A DNA stretch of 42,125 nucleotides from an uncultured Alphaproteobacteria bacterium (GCA_964473045.1 CAYYMX010000001.1:1-42125), one strand, 5' to 3'; positions 9,095-19,777 are shown, counted from the stretch's first letter. Notes: generated from the letters alone by a model not told the origin. A program made the numbers and translations.

Positions 9095-10372
9095 CTAGGA
9101 CTTTTCTAGTGCCTGTTCCAAATCTTCAAGTATATCATCAATATGTTCAATTCCTACAGAAAGCCGAATATATCCCGGCGTAACACCCGTAGCTAACTTT
9201 TCATCTTCAGATAGTTGAGAATGTGTTGTTGAAGATGGATGAATTGCTAGAGATCTAGAATCACCGATGTTGGCAACATGATAAAAAATTTTCAAATTAT
9301 TTATAAATTTCTTACCAGCTTCTTCTCCAGCCTTTAACTCAAAACCTACTAAAGCACCAAAACCCTTTTTGAGATATTTTTTTGCCCTATCAAGTTGTTG
9401 ACCTTTCATCAAACCTGGAAATATAACTTTTTCAACCTTTTGATGTTTATTGAGAAAATCTGCAACTTTTTTTGCATTTTCACAATGTCTTTGCATTCTT
9501 AAAGGAAGCGTTTCGAGACCTTGTATAAATGTAAATGCATTAAATGGGCTCATTGATGAACCGAGATCTCGTAATAAAGTTACTCTTGCTTTTAAAATAT
9601 ATGCAATTGGTCCTAAGGGTTTTGCTGCTTGAGACCATACTGCACCGTGATAACTAGGGTCAGGAGAATTTAACATCTTGAACCTATCCCCAGCCGCTTC
9701 CCAATCAAAATTGCCTCCATCTACAATCATTCCTCCAATTGAAAGTCCATGACCACCTATATATTTTGTGGTGGAATATACTACAATGTGGGCACCATCA
9801 GAAATTGGCTTAGAAATGCAGGGTGCTGCAGTGTTATCCATTATCAGTGGAATGCTATTTTTTTTACCTATTTCAGCTATTTCGCTAACTGGAAAAACCT
9901 CTAATTTTGGATTAGGAAGAGTTTCAGCATAAATACATCTTGTTTTTTCATCTATTGCATTTTGAAATTGTTCGGGTTTAGCAGGGTCAACAAATCTGCA
10001 CTCAATTCCCATATCTTTTAGTGTGTTTGAAAATAAATTCCAAGTTCCTCCGTAAAGGTCAGTTGAACTTATGAAATTATCGCCAGAGTGACAGATATTT
10101 TGTATGGAGAATGCAGAAGCAGCTTGCCCAGAACTTAACGCCAGAGCAGCAACTCCACCCTCTAATGTAGCAATACGTTCCTCTAGAACGGCATTGGTTG
10201 GGTTCATAATTCTTGTGTAAATATTACCTAATTCTTGGAGAGAAAAAAGCTTTGAAGCATGTTCAGTATTATTAAATTGGTATGATGTGGTTTGATAGAT
10301 AGGAACAGCTACAGATGTAGTTGTTTCATCTCTTCTGTGTCCTGCATGTAAAACTATTGTTTCTTCTTTCAT
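9095..10372 (-). CDS. metY: O-acetylhomoserine sulfhydrylase (aminocarboxypropyltransferase)
   Basis: 425 aa. Cys/Met-metabolism PLP family, NPTNAVLEERIA, PLP-Lys motif STTKYIGGHG, C-terminal IRLSVGIE. Confidence 0.91.
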   Translation of the reverse strand: MKEETIVLHAGHRRDETTTSVAVPIYQTTSYQFNNTEHASKLFSLQELGNIYTRIMNPTNAVLEERIATLEGGVAALALSSGQAASAFSIQNICHSGDNFISSTDLYGGTWNLFSNTLKDMGIECRFVDPAKPEQFQNAIDEKTRCIYAETLPNPKLEVFPVSEIAEIGKKNSIPLIMDNTAAPCISKPISDGAHIVVYSTTKYIGGHGLSIGGMIVDGGNFDWEAAGDRFKMLNSPDPSYHGAVWSQAAKPLGPIAYILKARVTLLRDLGSSMSPFNAFTFIQGLETLPLRMQRHCENAKKVADFLNKHQKVEKVIFPGLMKGQQLDRAKKYLKKGFGALVGFELKAGEEAGKKFINNLKIFYHVANIGDSRSLAIHPSSTTHSQLSEDEKLATGVTPGYIRLSVGIEHIDDILEDLEQALEKS

Positions 10373-10416
10373 TAATTTCCTTCATTATGTTATCCATTAG
10401 ATATTAATATAATATA

Positions 10417-11586
10417 GTGAAAAAATTAAATAAAAATAAAAAAATTATTAGAAAGATGATTTCTGTTAATTACAGGTCAAGAACAAAAAAAAAAAATAAA
10501 GATAAGATTCTCTATAAAAACAAAGAATTATATAATATCAGTAGTAATGATTATTTAGGTTTATCCAAGAACAAGAAACTTATAAAATCTTCAAAAAAAT
10601 GGATGGAATACTTTGGAACCAGTCTTTCCTCCTCTAGAATGATTTCAGGAAATATTGAAAAGATTCAAGAGATTGAAAGTCAAATAAGTGACTTTTCTCT
10701 AAATCAAAAAACTTTGATTATGGGAAGTGGGTTTCAATCCAATGCAACTTTAATTCCTGCAATCACAGGAAACTCATTAGGTAAGAGAAAAAAAACACAA
10801 ATTTTTTCTGACAAGCTAAATCATGCGAGTATCAATTATGGTTGTTACATTACTAATCAAAAGATTGATAGATATTTTCATCTTGATTTAAATAATTTAG
10901 AATATTTATTAAAGAAAAGTCCTAAAAATATTCAGAAAATTATTATTTCAGAAACTGTTTTTAGTATGGATGGAGATATTTTGGATATAGATGGAATCAG
11001 GTTTTTAGCAAAAAAGTATAACTGTTTTTTGTATCTAGATGAAGCTCACTCACTTGGTGTCTTTGGAAATAATGGTTTTGGTTTAGCTTCTAACAATAAA
11101 AAAATTGAAAATGAAATTATTGTTGGAACTTTTGGAAAGGCTTTTGGGTCTTATGGTTCTTTTGTTTCATGTTCCAAAGAAAATTCCGAGAAAATCATTA
11201 ACTATTGTAGTGGACTTATCTATTCAACCGTTTTACCTCCTGCAGTTTTAGGTTCCATTAGTGCAGCTGTCGAAATAATGCCCAATCTTCAAAAAACAAG
11301 AAAAAAAGTAATTGAAAAATCAAAATTTTTGTTAAAAGAACTAGAAAAAATCGGAATTGATACAGGAAAATCTGATTCCCAAATAATTCTCTTAATTTTA
11401 AAAGATCATAGGACCTGTAATAATTTAAGGGATTATCTTTATGCGAATGGCTTTTTTGTAAAAGTTATAAAATCTCCAACTGTTCCCGTTGGTAAAGAGC
11501 GAATTAGACTTTCTTTGACTGCCACTCTTAACAAAAATACTATTAAAAACCTTGTCAATCTAATTATTAAATTCAAGAAAAAATGA
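10417..11586 (+). CDS. bioF: 8-amino-7-oxononanoate synthase
   Basis: SSNDYLGLS motif, DEAHSLG, PLP-Lys context GTFGKAFGS, RIRLSLTA. First gene of a bio operon. Start is GTG 10417 or ATG 10456. Confidence 0.88.
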   Translation: MKKLNKNKKIIRKMISVNYRSRTKKKNKDKILYKNKELYNISSNDYLGLSKNKKLIKSSKKWMEYFGTSLSSSRMISGNIEKIQEIESQISDFSLNQKTLIMGSGFQSNATLIPAITGNSLGKRKKTQIFSDKLNHASINYGCYITNQKIDRYFHLDLNNLEYLLKKSPKNIQKIIISETVFSMDGDILDIDGIRFLAKKYNCFLYLDEAHSLGVFGNNGFGLASNNKKIENEIIVGTFGKAFGSYGSFVSCSKENSEKIINYCSGLIYSTVLPPAVLGSISAAVEIMPNLQKTRKKVIEKSKFLLKELEKIGIDTGKSDSQIILLILKDHRTCNNLRDYLYANGFFVKVIKSPTVPVGKERIRLSLTATLNKNTIKNLVNLIIKFKKK

Positions 11587-12275
11587 AATTCAACTTCTTT
11601 TTCGTTCATGGGTGGGGTTTTGATTCTAGTTTTTGGGGTTTAGTAGGGAATGTCATAAAGGAAAAAAAATATTTCAATTCACTTCAATACATTAATCTTG
11701 GTTTTATTAACAAAAAAGATTTTCCAAAAAAAACTCAATCACAAAACAGTGTTTTTATCGTTCATTCTTATGGATTGAACTGGTTCTTAAAAAAAAAGAT
11801 AAAATGTAGAGTATTGATAATTTTTTTTGCAGCACCTAATTTTGTGCGATTCCAAAAAAATCCATTTTTAAAAAAAAGACTCTTAAATCAAATGATAGAA
11901 AGATTTCATCAATATCCTGAAGAGGTTATTACTAATTTTTATAAAAACTCAGGGTTAAAGACTAAATTAAAAAATAATTTTAAAAAAGTTAACTATAGAA
12001 ACCTTTTAAATGCTCTTGATGAACTGTTAAATGATGATTTGCAGGTAGAATTTGATGATTTAGATTGTAATATTTTTTCTGTTTTTTCATTGAAAGATAG
12101 AATCTTCAAACCATCATTGGATAGGATAAAAGAACTAAAATGTAAAAAACATACTATTAAGTTATTAGATGTAAATAATCATGCTATGCCTAGGATTGAA
12201 CCAAAAAAAACCTTTGATCTAATTGATGGTTTTCTTAGGTCTCTTGAAAGAAAAGATTGTGAAAAAAAAAATTGA
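11583..12275 (+). CDS. alpha/beta-hydrolase, putative pimeloyl-ACP methyl ester esterase (BioH-like)
   Basis: 230 aa. FVHGWGFDSSFW oxyanion-region motif as in BioH, candidate Ser in VHSYG, candidate Asp (SLKDRIF) and His (NNHAMP). Sits between bioF and bioC with ATGA overlap. The call rests on position and weak motifs. Confidence 0.55.
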   Translation: MKFNFFFVHGWGFDSSFWGLVGNVIKEKKYFNSLQYINLGFINKKDFPKKTQSQNSVFIVHSYGLNWFLKKKIKCRVLIIFFAAPNFVRFQKNPFLKKRLLNQMIERFHQYPEEVITNFYKNSGLKTKLKNNFKKVNYRNLLNALDELLNDDLQVEFDDLDCNIFSVFSLKDRIFKPSLDRIKELKCKKHTIKLLDVNNHAMPRIEPKKTFDLIDGFLRSLERKDCEKKN

Positions 12276-13011
12276 AAAATCTTTTGATAAAGGAGCAAAT
12301 TCATACGATAAATATTCGATGATTCAAAAAAGCATTTCAGGCTACCTTGAGCTGATGCTTGAAAAATTTTTAAAACAAAAAAACCTAAAAAAAGAAATCT
12401 CTGGATTAGAGCTAGGATGTGGTACAGGTGATTTTTCAATCAAACTCATAAAGAAAATTAATTTTGAAAAGATTCACTTAATAGATATTTCAAAAGAAAT
12501 GATTGGAATAGCCAAGAAAAAGATCAAATTTAAAAATGTTTCATTTCAATATATGGATTTTGATAAGTATAAAGATTTCAGGAAATTTGATTTTATTTTT
12601 TCAAACATGTCCTTACACTGGTCTGAAGATTTTTATAAATTGTTAAAATTTATATTAAATGAAATGCCAAAAAAATCTTTTTTTCTTTGTTCATTTTTAA
12701 ACTCTTCAAGTTTTAACTATTTCAAAAAAATAGAAAAATATGAGGGGGAAATTTTTTTTAATAATTTTCCTAACATGAAAAAAATAAACAAAATTATTAA
12801 TTCTGAAAATCTTTTTATTTACCAAAAGGAAATTTCATTAAAACGAAAATTTAAAAATCCCATGGATTTTTTTGGTTATTTAAAAAGAATTGGTGCAAAT
12901 GCTAAGTTAAAAAAAAATAAAAGTAATTTATTTTTTTTAAGAAAATTTAATAATGAATTTATAATAAATTTTGATGTTAGTTGTATCATTGTAGAAAAGT
13001 TAGAAGATTAA
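12259..13011 (+). CDS. bioC: malonyl-ACP O-methyltransferase
   Basis: N-terminal SFDKGANSYDKYSMIQK and SAM motif LELGCGTGDFS. Start chosen as GTG 12259. The track ORF begins at 12223, but that extension overlaps the upstream gene. Confidence 0.8.
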   Translation: MKKKIEKSFDKGANSYDKYSMIQKSISGYLELMLEKFLKQKNLKKEISGLELGCGTGDFSIKLIKKINFEKIHLIDISKEMIGIAKKKIKFKNVSFQYMDFDKYKDFRKFDFIFSNMSLHWSEDFYKLLKFILNEMPKKSFFLCSFLNSSSFNYFKKIEKYEGEIFFNNFPNMKKINKIINSENLFIYQKEISLKRKFKNPMDFFGYLKRIGANAKLKKNKSNLFFLRKFNNEFIINFDVSCIIVEKLED

Positions 13012-13649
13012 TGAAAAAAGGTTTTTTTATTTCTGGAACAGACACCAATGTTGGAAAAACAATTCTTTCTGCAATATTGGTTAACAAATTAAATGCAATT
13101 TATTGGAAACCGATTCAGTGTGGATTAAACAAATTTGGTGAAAAAGACTCTGATGTAATAAAAAAACTTTGCATGAAAAAGTTTATAATTAGTGAAAAGT
13201 TTTTTTTAAAGGCTCCTTTAAGCCCAAATATAGCTTCTAAAATGCAAAACATAAAAATTTTAAAAAAAGATTTTATTGATTTTAGAAAAAAAAAATTTTC
13301 AAAACAATTAATTGTTGAGGGTGCAGGTGGACTTCAGGTTCCTATCAACAATAATTTTTTTGTAAGTGACTTAGCTAAATTTTTGAATTTACCAGTCATA
13401 TTAGTCTGTCGAACTAAACTAGGCACAATAAATCATACTTTAATGTCTTTGGAGATTTTAAAAAAAAAAAAAATTAATTTTTATGGTTTGGTTTTTGTTG
13501 GAAAAAGTCAACCACATACAATTAAAACAATTAAAGAATTTGGTGAAAAAATTTTAAAAAAAAAAATTAAAATTGTTGCTCTGTTGCCAAATTTTAAAGA
13601 TATAGATAAGAAAAAAGTTAGTTATTACTCTGAAAAAATTAAATTGTAA
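13011..13649 (+). CDS. bioD: dethiobiotin synthase
   Basis: MKKGFFISGTDTNVGKT P-loop at ATG 13011 (TAATG overlap with bioC), EGAGG motif. Confidence 0.9.
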   Translation: MKKGFFISGTDTNVGKTILSAILVNKLNAIYWKPIQCGLNKFGEKDSDVIKKLCMKKFIISEKFFLKAPLSPNIASKMQNIKILKKDFIDFRKKKFSKQLIVEGAGGLQVPINNNFFVSDLAKFLNLPVILVCRTKLGTINHTLMSLEILKKKKINFYGLVFVGKSQPHTIKTIKEFGEKILKKKIKIVALLPNFKDIDKKKVSYYSEKIKL

Positions 13650-14960
13650 ATGAAGAAAAAATTATTGAAATCTGACAAAAATTTTATTTGGCATCCTTTT
13701 ACCAAGATTAAAAATGAAATTAATCCCATTTTAATTTCTGAAGCAAATAATGAAATTTTAATTGATGTAGATGGTAAAGAGTATGTTGATCTAATTTCTT
13801 CATGGTGGGTAAACATCCATGGTCATTGTAGAAAAGAAATTATAGAAAAGATTTGTTATCAATCTAAAAAATTAGAACAAGTTCTTTTTGCTGGTTTTAC
13901 TCATGAGCCAGCAATTCAACTTGCTGAAAAATTAACAAATATACTCCCCAAAAAACTAAATAAAGTGTTTTATTCTGATAATGGTTCAACTGCGGTGGAA
14001 ATAGCATTAAAGGTTGCAATTCAATACTGGTTTAATAAAGGGAAAAAAAAGATAAAATTTGTCGCTTTTGAAGGTGGCTATCATGGGGATACATTCGGAG
14101 CTATGTCAGTTGGATTTTCATCTGGATTCTATAAACCTTTTAAAGATTTTGTTAGGCAATCTACTTTTCTTACATTTCCAGAATATTGGAAGGGTAACAA
14201 TGAAATTGATAAAAATGAGAAAACTGCGTTAGTAGAGATTGAAAAAATCTTAGATAAAAATCATAATGAAATAGCTGCTGTAATAATTGAACCTTTAGTT
14301 CAGGGTGCTTCAGGAATGAAAATTTGTAGAAAAGAATTTTTAGAAAAAGTTGTGAGAAAATTTAAATCTGCTGGGATTATAGTGATTTTTGATGAAGTTT
14401 TAACTGGTTTTGGTAGGACTGGTAAAATGTTTGCAATGGATTTTCTAGATGTTAAACCTGATATTCTTTGCTTGGCTAAATCATTAACGGGAGGTTGTCT
14501 TCCTCTTGCCGCAACTGTTTTTGATGAAAAGATTTATCAGGCTTTTCTTGATTCTGATATTGAGAAAGCTTTTCTTCACGGGCATTCATATACAGCAAAC
14601 CCAGTTTCATGTGCAGCAGCAATAAAATCATTAGAATTATTTGAAACAGAAAATACTTTAAAAAAAATTGGTACTATATCTAGTATTCATAAACAATGTT
14701 TGGAATATTTGTCAAAAGAATTAAATATTTCCAGAACCAGATCTCTGGGGGATATTGCAGCTTTTGATATAAATAGTTTTGAAAATGATTATGGTTCGAA
14801 GAAAAGCGAACTGTTAAAAAAAGAATTTTTAAATAATGGACTTTTACTTAGACCAATTGGTAACACAATTTATCTAATGCCACCTTATTGCATTAAAAAA
14901 GAGCAATTACAAAGTTGCTATATGAAAATTTCTAAAATTTTAAAACAGTTCCAAAATTAA
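13650..14960 (+). CDS. bioA: adenosylmethionine-8-amino-7-oxononanoate aminotransferase
   Basis: 436 aa. WHPFT, class III aminotransferase, DEVLTGFGRTGKMFA, PLP-Lys context CLAKSLTGG. Confidence 0.92.
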   Translation: MKKKLLKSDKNFIWHPFTKIKNEINPILISEANNEILIDVDGKEYVDLISSWWVNIHGHCRKEIIEKICYQSKKLEQVLFAGFTHEPAIQLAEKLTNILPKKLNKVFYSDNGSTAVEIALKVAIQYWFNKGKKKIKFVAFEGGYHGDTFGAMSVGFSSGFYKPFKDFVRQSTFLTFPEYWKGNNEIDKNEKTALVEIEKILDKNHNEIAAVIIEPLVQGASGMKICRKEFLEKVVRKFKSAGIIVIFDEVLTGFGRTGKMFAMDFLDVKPDILCLAKSLTGGCLPLAATVFDEKIYQAFLDSDIEKAFLHGHSYTANPVSCAAAIKSLELFETENTLKKIGTISSIHKQCLEYLSKELNISRTRSLGDIAAFDINSFENDYGSKKSELLKKEFLNNGLLLRPIGNTIYLMPPYCIKKEQLQSCYMKISKILKQFQN

Positions 14961-15000
14961 ATATTTTTTTTGTGCATCAATTTATGTTATTTAATAAACA

Positions 15001-16419
15001 ATGTTAAATACTATTGATAATAAAATTGATTTATTCCTAAAACCTTATTTAGATTCAATAACCAGTTTTGTTTTTGGAAGTTTTTCTTTTTTTAATAATC
15101 AAATTCCCTACATTGTATTGTGGCTAGTTTTTGCTAGTTTATTTTTTACACTATATTTCAAGTTTGTGAATATTAGGTTTTTTAGGAGAGCACTTAATGT
15201 TGCTTTTGGTAAGTATGATAATCCTAATCATCCAGGAGAAATAACTCATTTCCAATCTTTTACAGCAGCAATGTCAGGGACAATTGGTCTAGGAAATATT
15301 GCTGGAGTTGCAGTTGCAATTTCAATAGGAGGCCCAGGTGCAATGTTTTGGATGATAGTAACAGCATTTTTTGGGATGACTTTGAAATTTGTTGAAGTTA
15401 GTTTGGGGCATAAGTATAGAGTTTTTCATCCAGATGGTACAGTTTCTGGAGGTGCTATAAGATATCTCTCGGTTGGACTAAGTGAAACAGGTTTTCCATT
15501 ATTAGGAAAAGTCTTAGCAATTATTTTTGCAGTATGTTGTATTGGTGGTTCATTTGGCGGAGGGAATATGTTCCAAGCAAACCAAGCATTTCAACAAATT
15601 GTTGAGGCTACTGGTGGTATTAATAGTCCGTTTTACAATAAAGGTTGGGTTGGTGGACTTCTTTTTGCTTCACTTGTTGGGTTTATAATAATTGGTGGTA
15701 TTAAGTCTATTGGTAAAGTTACTGAAAAACTTGTGCCATTGATGGCAATACTTTACGTAATTTCTTGTTTAATAATAATTTTTTCAAACTTTCAACTAAT
15801 ACCCGAGACTTTCATGAAAATTTTCGTAAGCGCTTTTAGTTTAGATGCAACAACTGGTGGAATTCTTGGTGCTATGATTGCTGGTGTCAAAAGAGCAGTT
15901 TTTTCAAATGAATCAGGAATAGGTTCGGCGCCATTAGCCTATGCTCCAGCAAAAAGTGATAACCATCTAAATACAGGGTTTATGTCATTATTGTCACCAT
16001 TTGTTGACACTATTATTATCTGTTCGATGACAGCTTTAGTTATCATTATTACTGGAGTTTATGATGGTAATAATGAAATTCAAGGTGTTGAATTAACTTC
16101 TAGAGCATTTGAATCTGTTTTTAGTTGGTTTCCTTTAGTTTTAGCGCTTGCGATTACCCTTTTTGCAATTTCAACTTTGATAACTTGGTCCTATTATGGT
16201 TTGAGATGTTGGACCTATTTATTTGGTATGAGTAATATAAGTAAATATTCGTTTAAAATAATTTTTTTAATGTTTACAATTGTTGGGACTTCAATGAATC
16301 TTGGAAGCGTAATAAATTTTTCAGACTCAATGATCTTTGCAATGTCGGTTCCTAATATTATTGGATTATTTTTTTTGGCACCAATTTTACTAAAGGATTT
16401 AAAAAAATTAGATAAGTGA
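15001..16419 (+). CDS. sodium:alanine (amino acid carrier) symporter family protein
   Basis: 472 aa, polytopic. AGCS family motifs SFTAAMSGTIGLGNIAGVAVAISIGGPGAMFWM and FSNESGIGSAP. Confidence 0.88.
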   Translation: MLNTIDNKIDLFLKPYLDSITSFVFGSFSFFNNQIPYIVLWLVFASLFFTLYFKFVNIRFFRRALNVAFGKYDNPNHPGEITHFQSFTAAMSGTIGLGNIAGVAVAISIGGPGAMFWMIVTAFFGMTLKFVEVSLGHKYRVFHPDGTVSGGAIRYLSVGLSETGFPLLGKVLAIIFAVCCIGGSFGGGNMFQANQAFQQIVEATGGINSPFYNKGWVGGLLFASLVGFIIIGGIKSIGKVTEKLVPLMAILYVISCLIIIFSNFQLIPETFMKIFVSAFSLDATTGGILGAMIAGVKRAVFSNESGIGSAPLAYAPAKSDNHLNTGFMSLLSPFVDTIIICSMTALVIIITGVYDGNNEIQGVELTSRAFESVFSWFPLVLALAITLFAISTLITWSYYGLRCWTYLFGMSNISKYSFKIIFLMFTIVGTSMNLGSVINFSDSMIFAMSVPNIIGLFFLAPILLKDLKKLDK

Positions 16420-16420
16420 T

Positions 16421-16858
16421 ATGAAGAAAGTTTTTATTGCCTGCGACCATGCTGGTTTTGAATTAAAAAAAAGTTTGATTAAGAATTTTACAAGTAAATA
16501 TGAATTTTTTGATTTAGGTTGCAATAGTTCCGTTTCAGTTGACTATCCAGACTTTGCTCATGAATTGTGCAAAAAAATTTTTCAAGAGAAGTCAAAGTTT
16601 GGTGTTTTAATTTGCGGAAGTGGTATAGGAATGTCAATGGTTGCAAATAAATACTCAAATATAAGAGCAGCTTTGTGTTGTAATGAGAATATGGCTAGAT
16701 TGGCACGCTTACATAATAATGCTAATATTCTTGTTTTAGGTTCAAGGTTGATTTCTAGTGAGGAAGCAATTAAATGTTTTAATATGTTTTTCAATACGAA
16801 TTTTGAAGGTGGAAGACACCAGGGTAGACTTGATAAATTTTATAATGTAAAACAGTAA
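16421..16858 (+). CDS. rpiB: ribose-5-phosphate isomerase B
   Basis: 145 aa. ACDHAGFELK, ICGSGIGMSMVANK, RLARLHNNANILVLG. Confidence 0.9.
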   Translation: MKKVFIACDHAGFELKKSLIKNFTSKYEFFDLGCNSSVSVDYPDFAHELCKKIFQEKSKFGVLICGSGIGMSMVANKYSNIRAALCCNENMARLARLHNNANILVLGSRLISSEEAIKCFNMFFNTNFEGGRHQGRLDKFYNVKQ

Positions 16859-16880
16859 TTGTATTGTTTAGGGAGAAATT

Positions 16881-18164
16881 ATGACAGAACAAGCTTTTTT
16901 TCAGAGTGGTTTAACTCAAACAGATCCTGCTATATTAAAAGCTATTGAGAGTGAATTTCATAGACAAAATGACCAAATTGAATTAATTGCATCAGAGAAC
17001 ATTGTGTCCAAAGCGGTTTTAGAAGCACAGGGTACAATTTTGACAAATAAATATGCTGAAGGTTATTCTGGAAAGAGATATTATGGTGGTTGCGAGCATG
17101 TTGATGTAGTTGAGGATTTGTGTATAGAAAGAATTAAAAAATTATTTAATGCGAAATTTGCAAATGTACAAGTTCACTCAGGATCACAAGCTAATCAGGC
17201 AGTTTTTTTAGCTTTGCTAAAGCCTGGAGATACTATTATGGGTATGTCGTTGGCTGCCGGGGGACACCTAACCCATGGAGCACCACCAAATGAGTCTGGC
17301 AAATGGTTTAATGCTTTACAGTATGGAGTGAGAAAAGAAGATGCTTTAATAGATTTTGATGAAGTAGAAAAGCTTGCTTTAGAAAATAAACCTAAACTTA
17401 TTATTGCTGGAGGTTCTGCTTATCCAAGAATAATTGATTTTAAAAAATTTAGAGATATTGCTGATAAAGTCGGAGCTATTTTTCTTGTTGATATGGCACA
17501 TTTTGCTGGTTTAGTAGCTACTGGATTTCATCCTAATCCCCTAGACTATGCAGATGTAGTGACATCAACTACTCATAAAACCCTTAGAGGTCCTAGAGGT
17601 GGGATAGTTTTGACCAACAACTCTGACAATGCAAAAAAAATTAATTCTGCTGTTTTTCCTGGGCTCCAAGGAGGCCCTTTAATGCATGTGATTTGTGCTA
17701 AGGCTGTTGCTTTTGGAGAAGCTTTAACACCTGAATTTAAAAAATATATTCAATCCGTTGTTGAAAATGCCAAAACGCTGGGTGAGGTGATGATTGATAG
17801 AGGGCTTGAAGTAGTTTCTGGTGGAACTGATACTCACCTAGTCTTAGTCGATTTAAGACCAAAAAAAATAACGGGAAAAGCGGCTGAGAAATCACTCGAA
17901 AACGCTGGAATTACATGCAATAAGAATGGAGTTCCTTTCGATCCTGAGAGTCCATTTGTTACTTCTGGGATCAGACTAGGTTCTCCAGCAGGTACTAGTA
18001 GAGGATTTGGTGTAGAAGAGTTTAGAACCATTGGAAATTTAATTGGGGATGTGCTGGATGGTCTTTCTAAAAATCCTGAAAATAACTCCTCCATTGAAAA
18101 TGATGTTAAAAGTAAAGTTAAATCGCTTTGTACTGGCTTTCCTATATATGGTTCTGTAATTTAA
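16881..18164 (+). CDS. glyA: serine hydroxymethyltransferase
   Basis: 427 aa. [27 protein letters not shown]-Lys motif [23 protein letters not shown] upstream. Confidence 0.97.
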   Translation: MTEQAFFQSGLTQTDPAILKAIESEFHRQNDQIELIASENIVSKAVLEAQGTILTNKYAEGYSGKRYYGGCEHVDVVEDLCIERIKKLFNAKFANVQVHSGSQANQAVFLALLKPGDTIMGMSLAAGGHLTHGAPPNESGKWFNALQYGVRKEDALIDFDEVEKLALENKPKLIIAGGSAYPRIIDFKKFRDIADKVGAIFLVDMAHFAGLVATGFHPNPLDYADVVTSTTHKTLRGPRGGIVLTNNSDNAKKINSAVFPGLQGGPLMHVICAKAVAFGEALTPEFKKYIQSVVENAKTLGEVMIDRGLEVVSGGTDTHLVLVDLRPKKITGKAAEKSLENAGITCNKNGVPFDPESPFVTSGIRLGSPAGTSRGFGVEEFRTIGNLIGDVLDGLSKNPENNSSIENDVKSKVKSLCTGFPIYGSVI

Positions 18165-18179
18165 ACTGAAGGGTGTGAT

Positions 18180-18641
18180 ATGCGTTGCCCATTTTGTGGA
18201 CACAATGGAACTGATGTCAAGGATTCGAGACCTTCTGATGATAACAGCTCCATAAGGAGAAGGAGAATGTGTCCAGCTTGTGCAGCAAGATTTACTACAT
18301 TTGAAAGGGTTCAGCTTCGAGAATTAATGGTTATAAAGAAAGATGATACTAGAACTGTTTTTGATAGAGAAAAGTTAGTAAGGTCAATAAGTATTTCCTG
18401 TAGAAAAAGACCTGTAAAACCTGAACAAATAGAGTTGGTAGTAAATAGTATTCAAAGAAGATTGGAAAGTTCAGGGGAAACAGAAATTCCAACAAAAGTT
18501 ATTGGAGAACTAGTTATGGATGCCCTAAAAGAACTTGATAGAGTTGCCTATCTTAGATTTGCTTCAGTTTATAAAGATTTTCAAGAAACCGATGATTTTA
18601 GAAAATTTATTGATAAAAACATAAATTTAAAAAATGATTAG
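18180..18641 (+). CDS. nrdR: transcriptional repressor NrdR
   Basis: MRCPFCGH...[12 protein letters not shown] zinc ribbon plus an ATP-cone domain. Confidence 0.95.
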   Translation: MRCPFCGHNGTDVKDSRPSDDNSSIRRRRMCPACAARFTTFERVQLRELMVIKKDDTRTVFDREKLVRSISISCRKRPVKPEQIELVVNSIQRRLESSGETEIPTKVIGELVMDALKELDRVAYLRFASVYKDFQETDDFRKFIDKNINLKND

Positions 18642-18644
18642 TAG

Positions 18645-19775
18645 GTGGAGTTTGATTTCAAATATATTCGTTTAGCTATATTTTTAGCGAGAAAAATTGT
18701 TGGTACCACATTTCCTAACCCAGCTGTTTTTTCTTTAGTAGTTGAATCAAACAAAGAATTAAAAGATCACAAAATAATTAATTTTGGGTATACCGCAATA
18801 ACTGGAAGACCACATGCTGAATCTTATGCATTAAAAGGTTTGAATTTCAAAAGTAAAAAAATTTATACTCTTTATTCGACTTTGGAGCCTTGTTGTCATG
18901 AAGGTAGGTCAGAATCTTGTGTTGACAAAATTTTAAGATCTAAAATAGATAGAGTTGTTTTTTCAATTCTTGATCCTGATCCAAGGGTAAATGGCAAGGG
19001 CATGAAAATTTTAAAAAAAAATGGGATAAAAGTTATTTCAGGTTTGTTGAAAAATGAAGCATTCAAATTGTACGAAGGATATTTTTTTAATAGAATACTT
19101 AAAAGACCAAAAGTGATCTTAAAATTGGCTAGCTCATTAGATGGGAAAATTTCTTTTAGAAAAGGTCAAAAGAGTAAAATAACAAATAATATGAGTGGTA
19201 CTTTTTTACATATTCTTAGATCAGAGGTTGATGCAATTTTAGTTGGGTCTAATACAGTTAGAGTAGATGATTGTATATTGAGTTCTAGGATTGAAAATTT
19301 AATAAATTTTTCACCTATAAGAATTGTTTTGAATAAAAATTTGGATTTAAATCTAAATTTAAGAGTTTTTAAAAATTGCAAAAAAACTAGAACAATTATT
19401 TTTTCTCAAGAAGTTAGTCAGAAAAAGATTAACTTATATAAAAAGAAGAATGTAGAAATTATTTCTCTAAAAAAAGACAAATATCATCTTAAATATATTT
19501 TACAAAAAATTGCTAAGCTTGGTATTAGTGACCTTTTGATTGAAGGTGGTGCAAAAATTTTTAGTTCTTTTATTAAAAACAACTTTTATGATCAAGTTTT
19601 AATTTTTAGAAGCAATTTTTTTGTTGGTCCTAGTGGAAAAGAATTACTTGATAATAAAGAACCATTTAATTTCCCAAAAAAAAAGTTTGTATTAAAAAAG
19701 ATGACAACTTTCAAAAATGATCAACTTGAAGTTTTTAATAATTCTAACCAAAATGATTCTTTCTTGGAGTATTGA
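18645..19775 (+). CDS. ribD: bifunctional riboflavin biosynthesis deaminase/reductase
   Basis: Deaminase zinc motifs HAE and LEPCCHEGRSESC. C-terminal reductase domain (KLASSLDGKI, EGGAKIFSSF). GTG start. Confidence 0.92.
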   Translation: MEFDFKYIRLAIFLARKIVGTTFPNPAVFSLVVESNKELKDHKIINFGYTAITGRPHAESYALKGLNFKSKKIYTLYSTLEPCCHEGRSESCVDKILRSKIDRVVFSILDPDPRVNGKGMKILKKNGIKVISGLLKNEAFKLYEGYFFNRILKRPKVILKLASSLDGKISFRKGQKSKITNNMSGTFLHILRSEVDAILVGSNTVRVDDCILSSRIENLINFSPIRIVLNKNLDLNLNLRVFKNCKKTRTIIFSQEVSQKKINLYKKKNVEIISLKKDKYHLKYILQKIAKLGISDLLIEGGAKIFSSFIKNNFYDQVLIFRSNFFVGPSGKELLDNKEPFNFPKKKFVLKKMTTFKNDQLEVFNNSNQNDSFLEY

Positions 19776-19777
19776 AT

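Noticed and set aside
10373-10416. Biotin operator (BirA or BioR TTATMKATAA-type) in the metY/bioF divergent spacer.
   Set aside because: The closest string, TTATCCATTA, departs from the BioR palindrome at two positions. AT-rich near-matches are expected by chance, and there is no clear inverted repeat.
10373-10470. Possible SAM riboswitch (SAM-II/SAM-V type, known upstream of metY in Pelagibacter) in the metY leader.
   Set aside because: The minus-strand leader is almost pure A/T (…CACTATATTATATTAATATCTAATGGATAACATAATGAAGGAAATTA-ATG). It has no G/C-containing pseudoknot stems that I can pair, and the space before divergent bioF is only 44-83 nt. A covariance-model scan (Rfam SAM-V) would be needed to be sure.
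18165-18650. FMN (RFN) riboswitch ahead of the rib genes, or a TPP riboswitch ahead of thiL.
   Set aside because: The nrdR-ribD spacer is 3 nt and nusB-thiL abut. There is no room for a structured leader.
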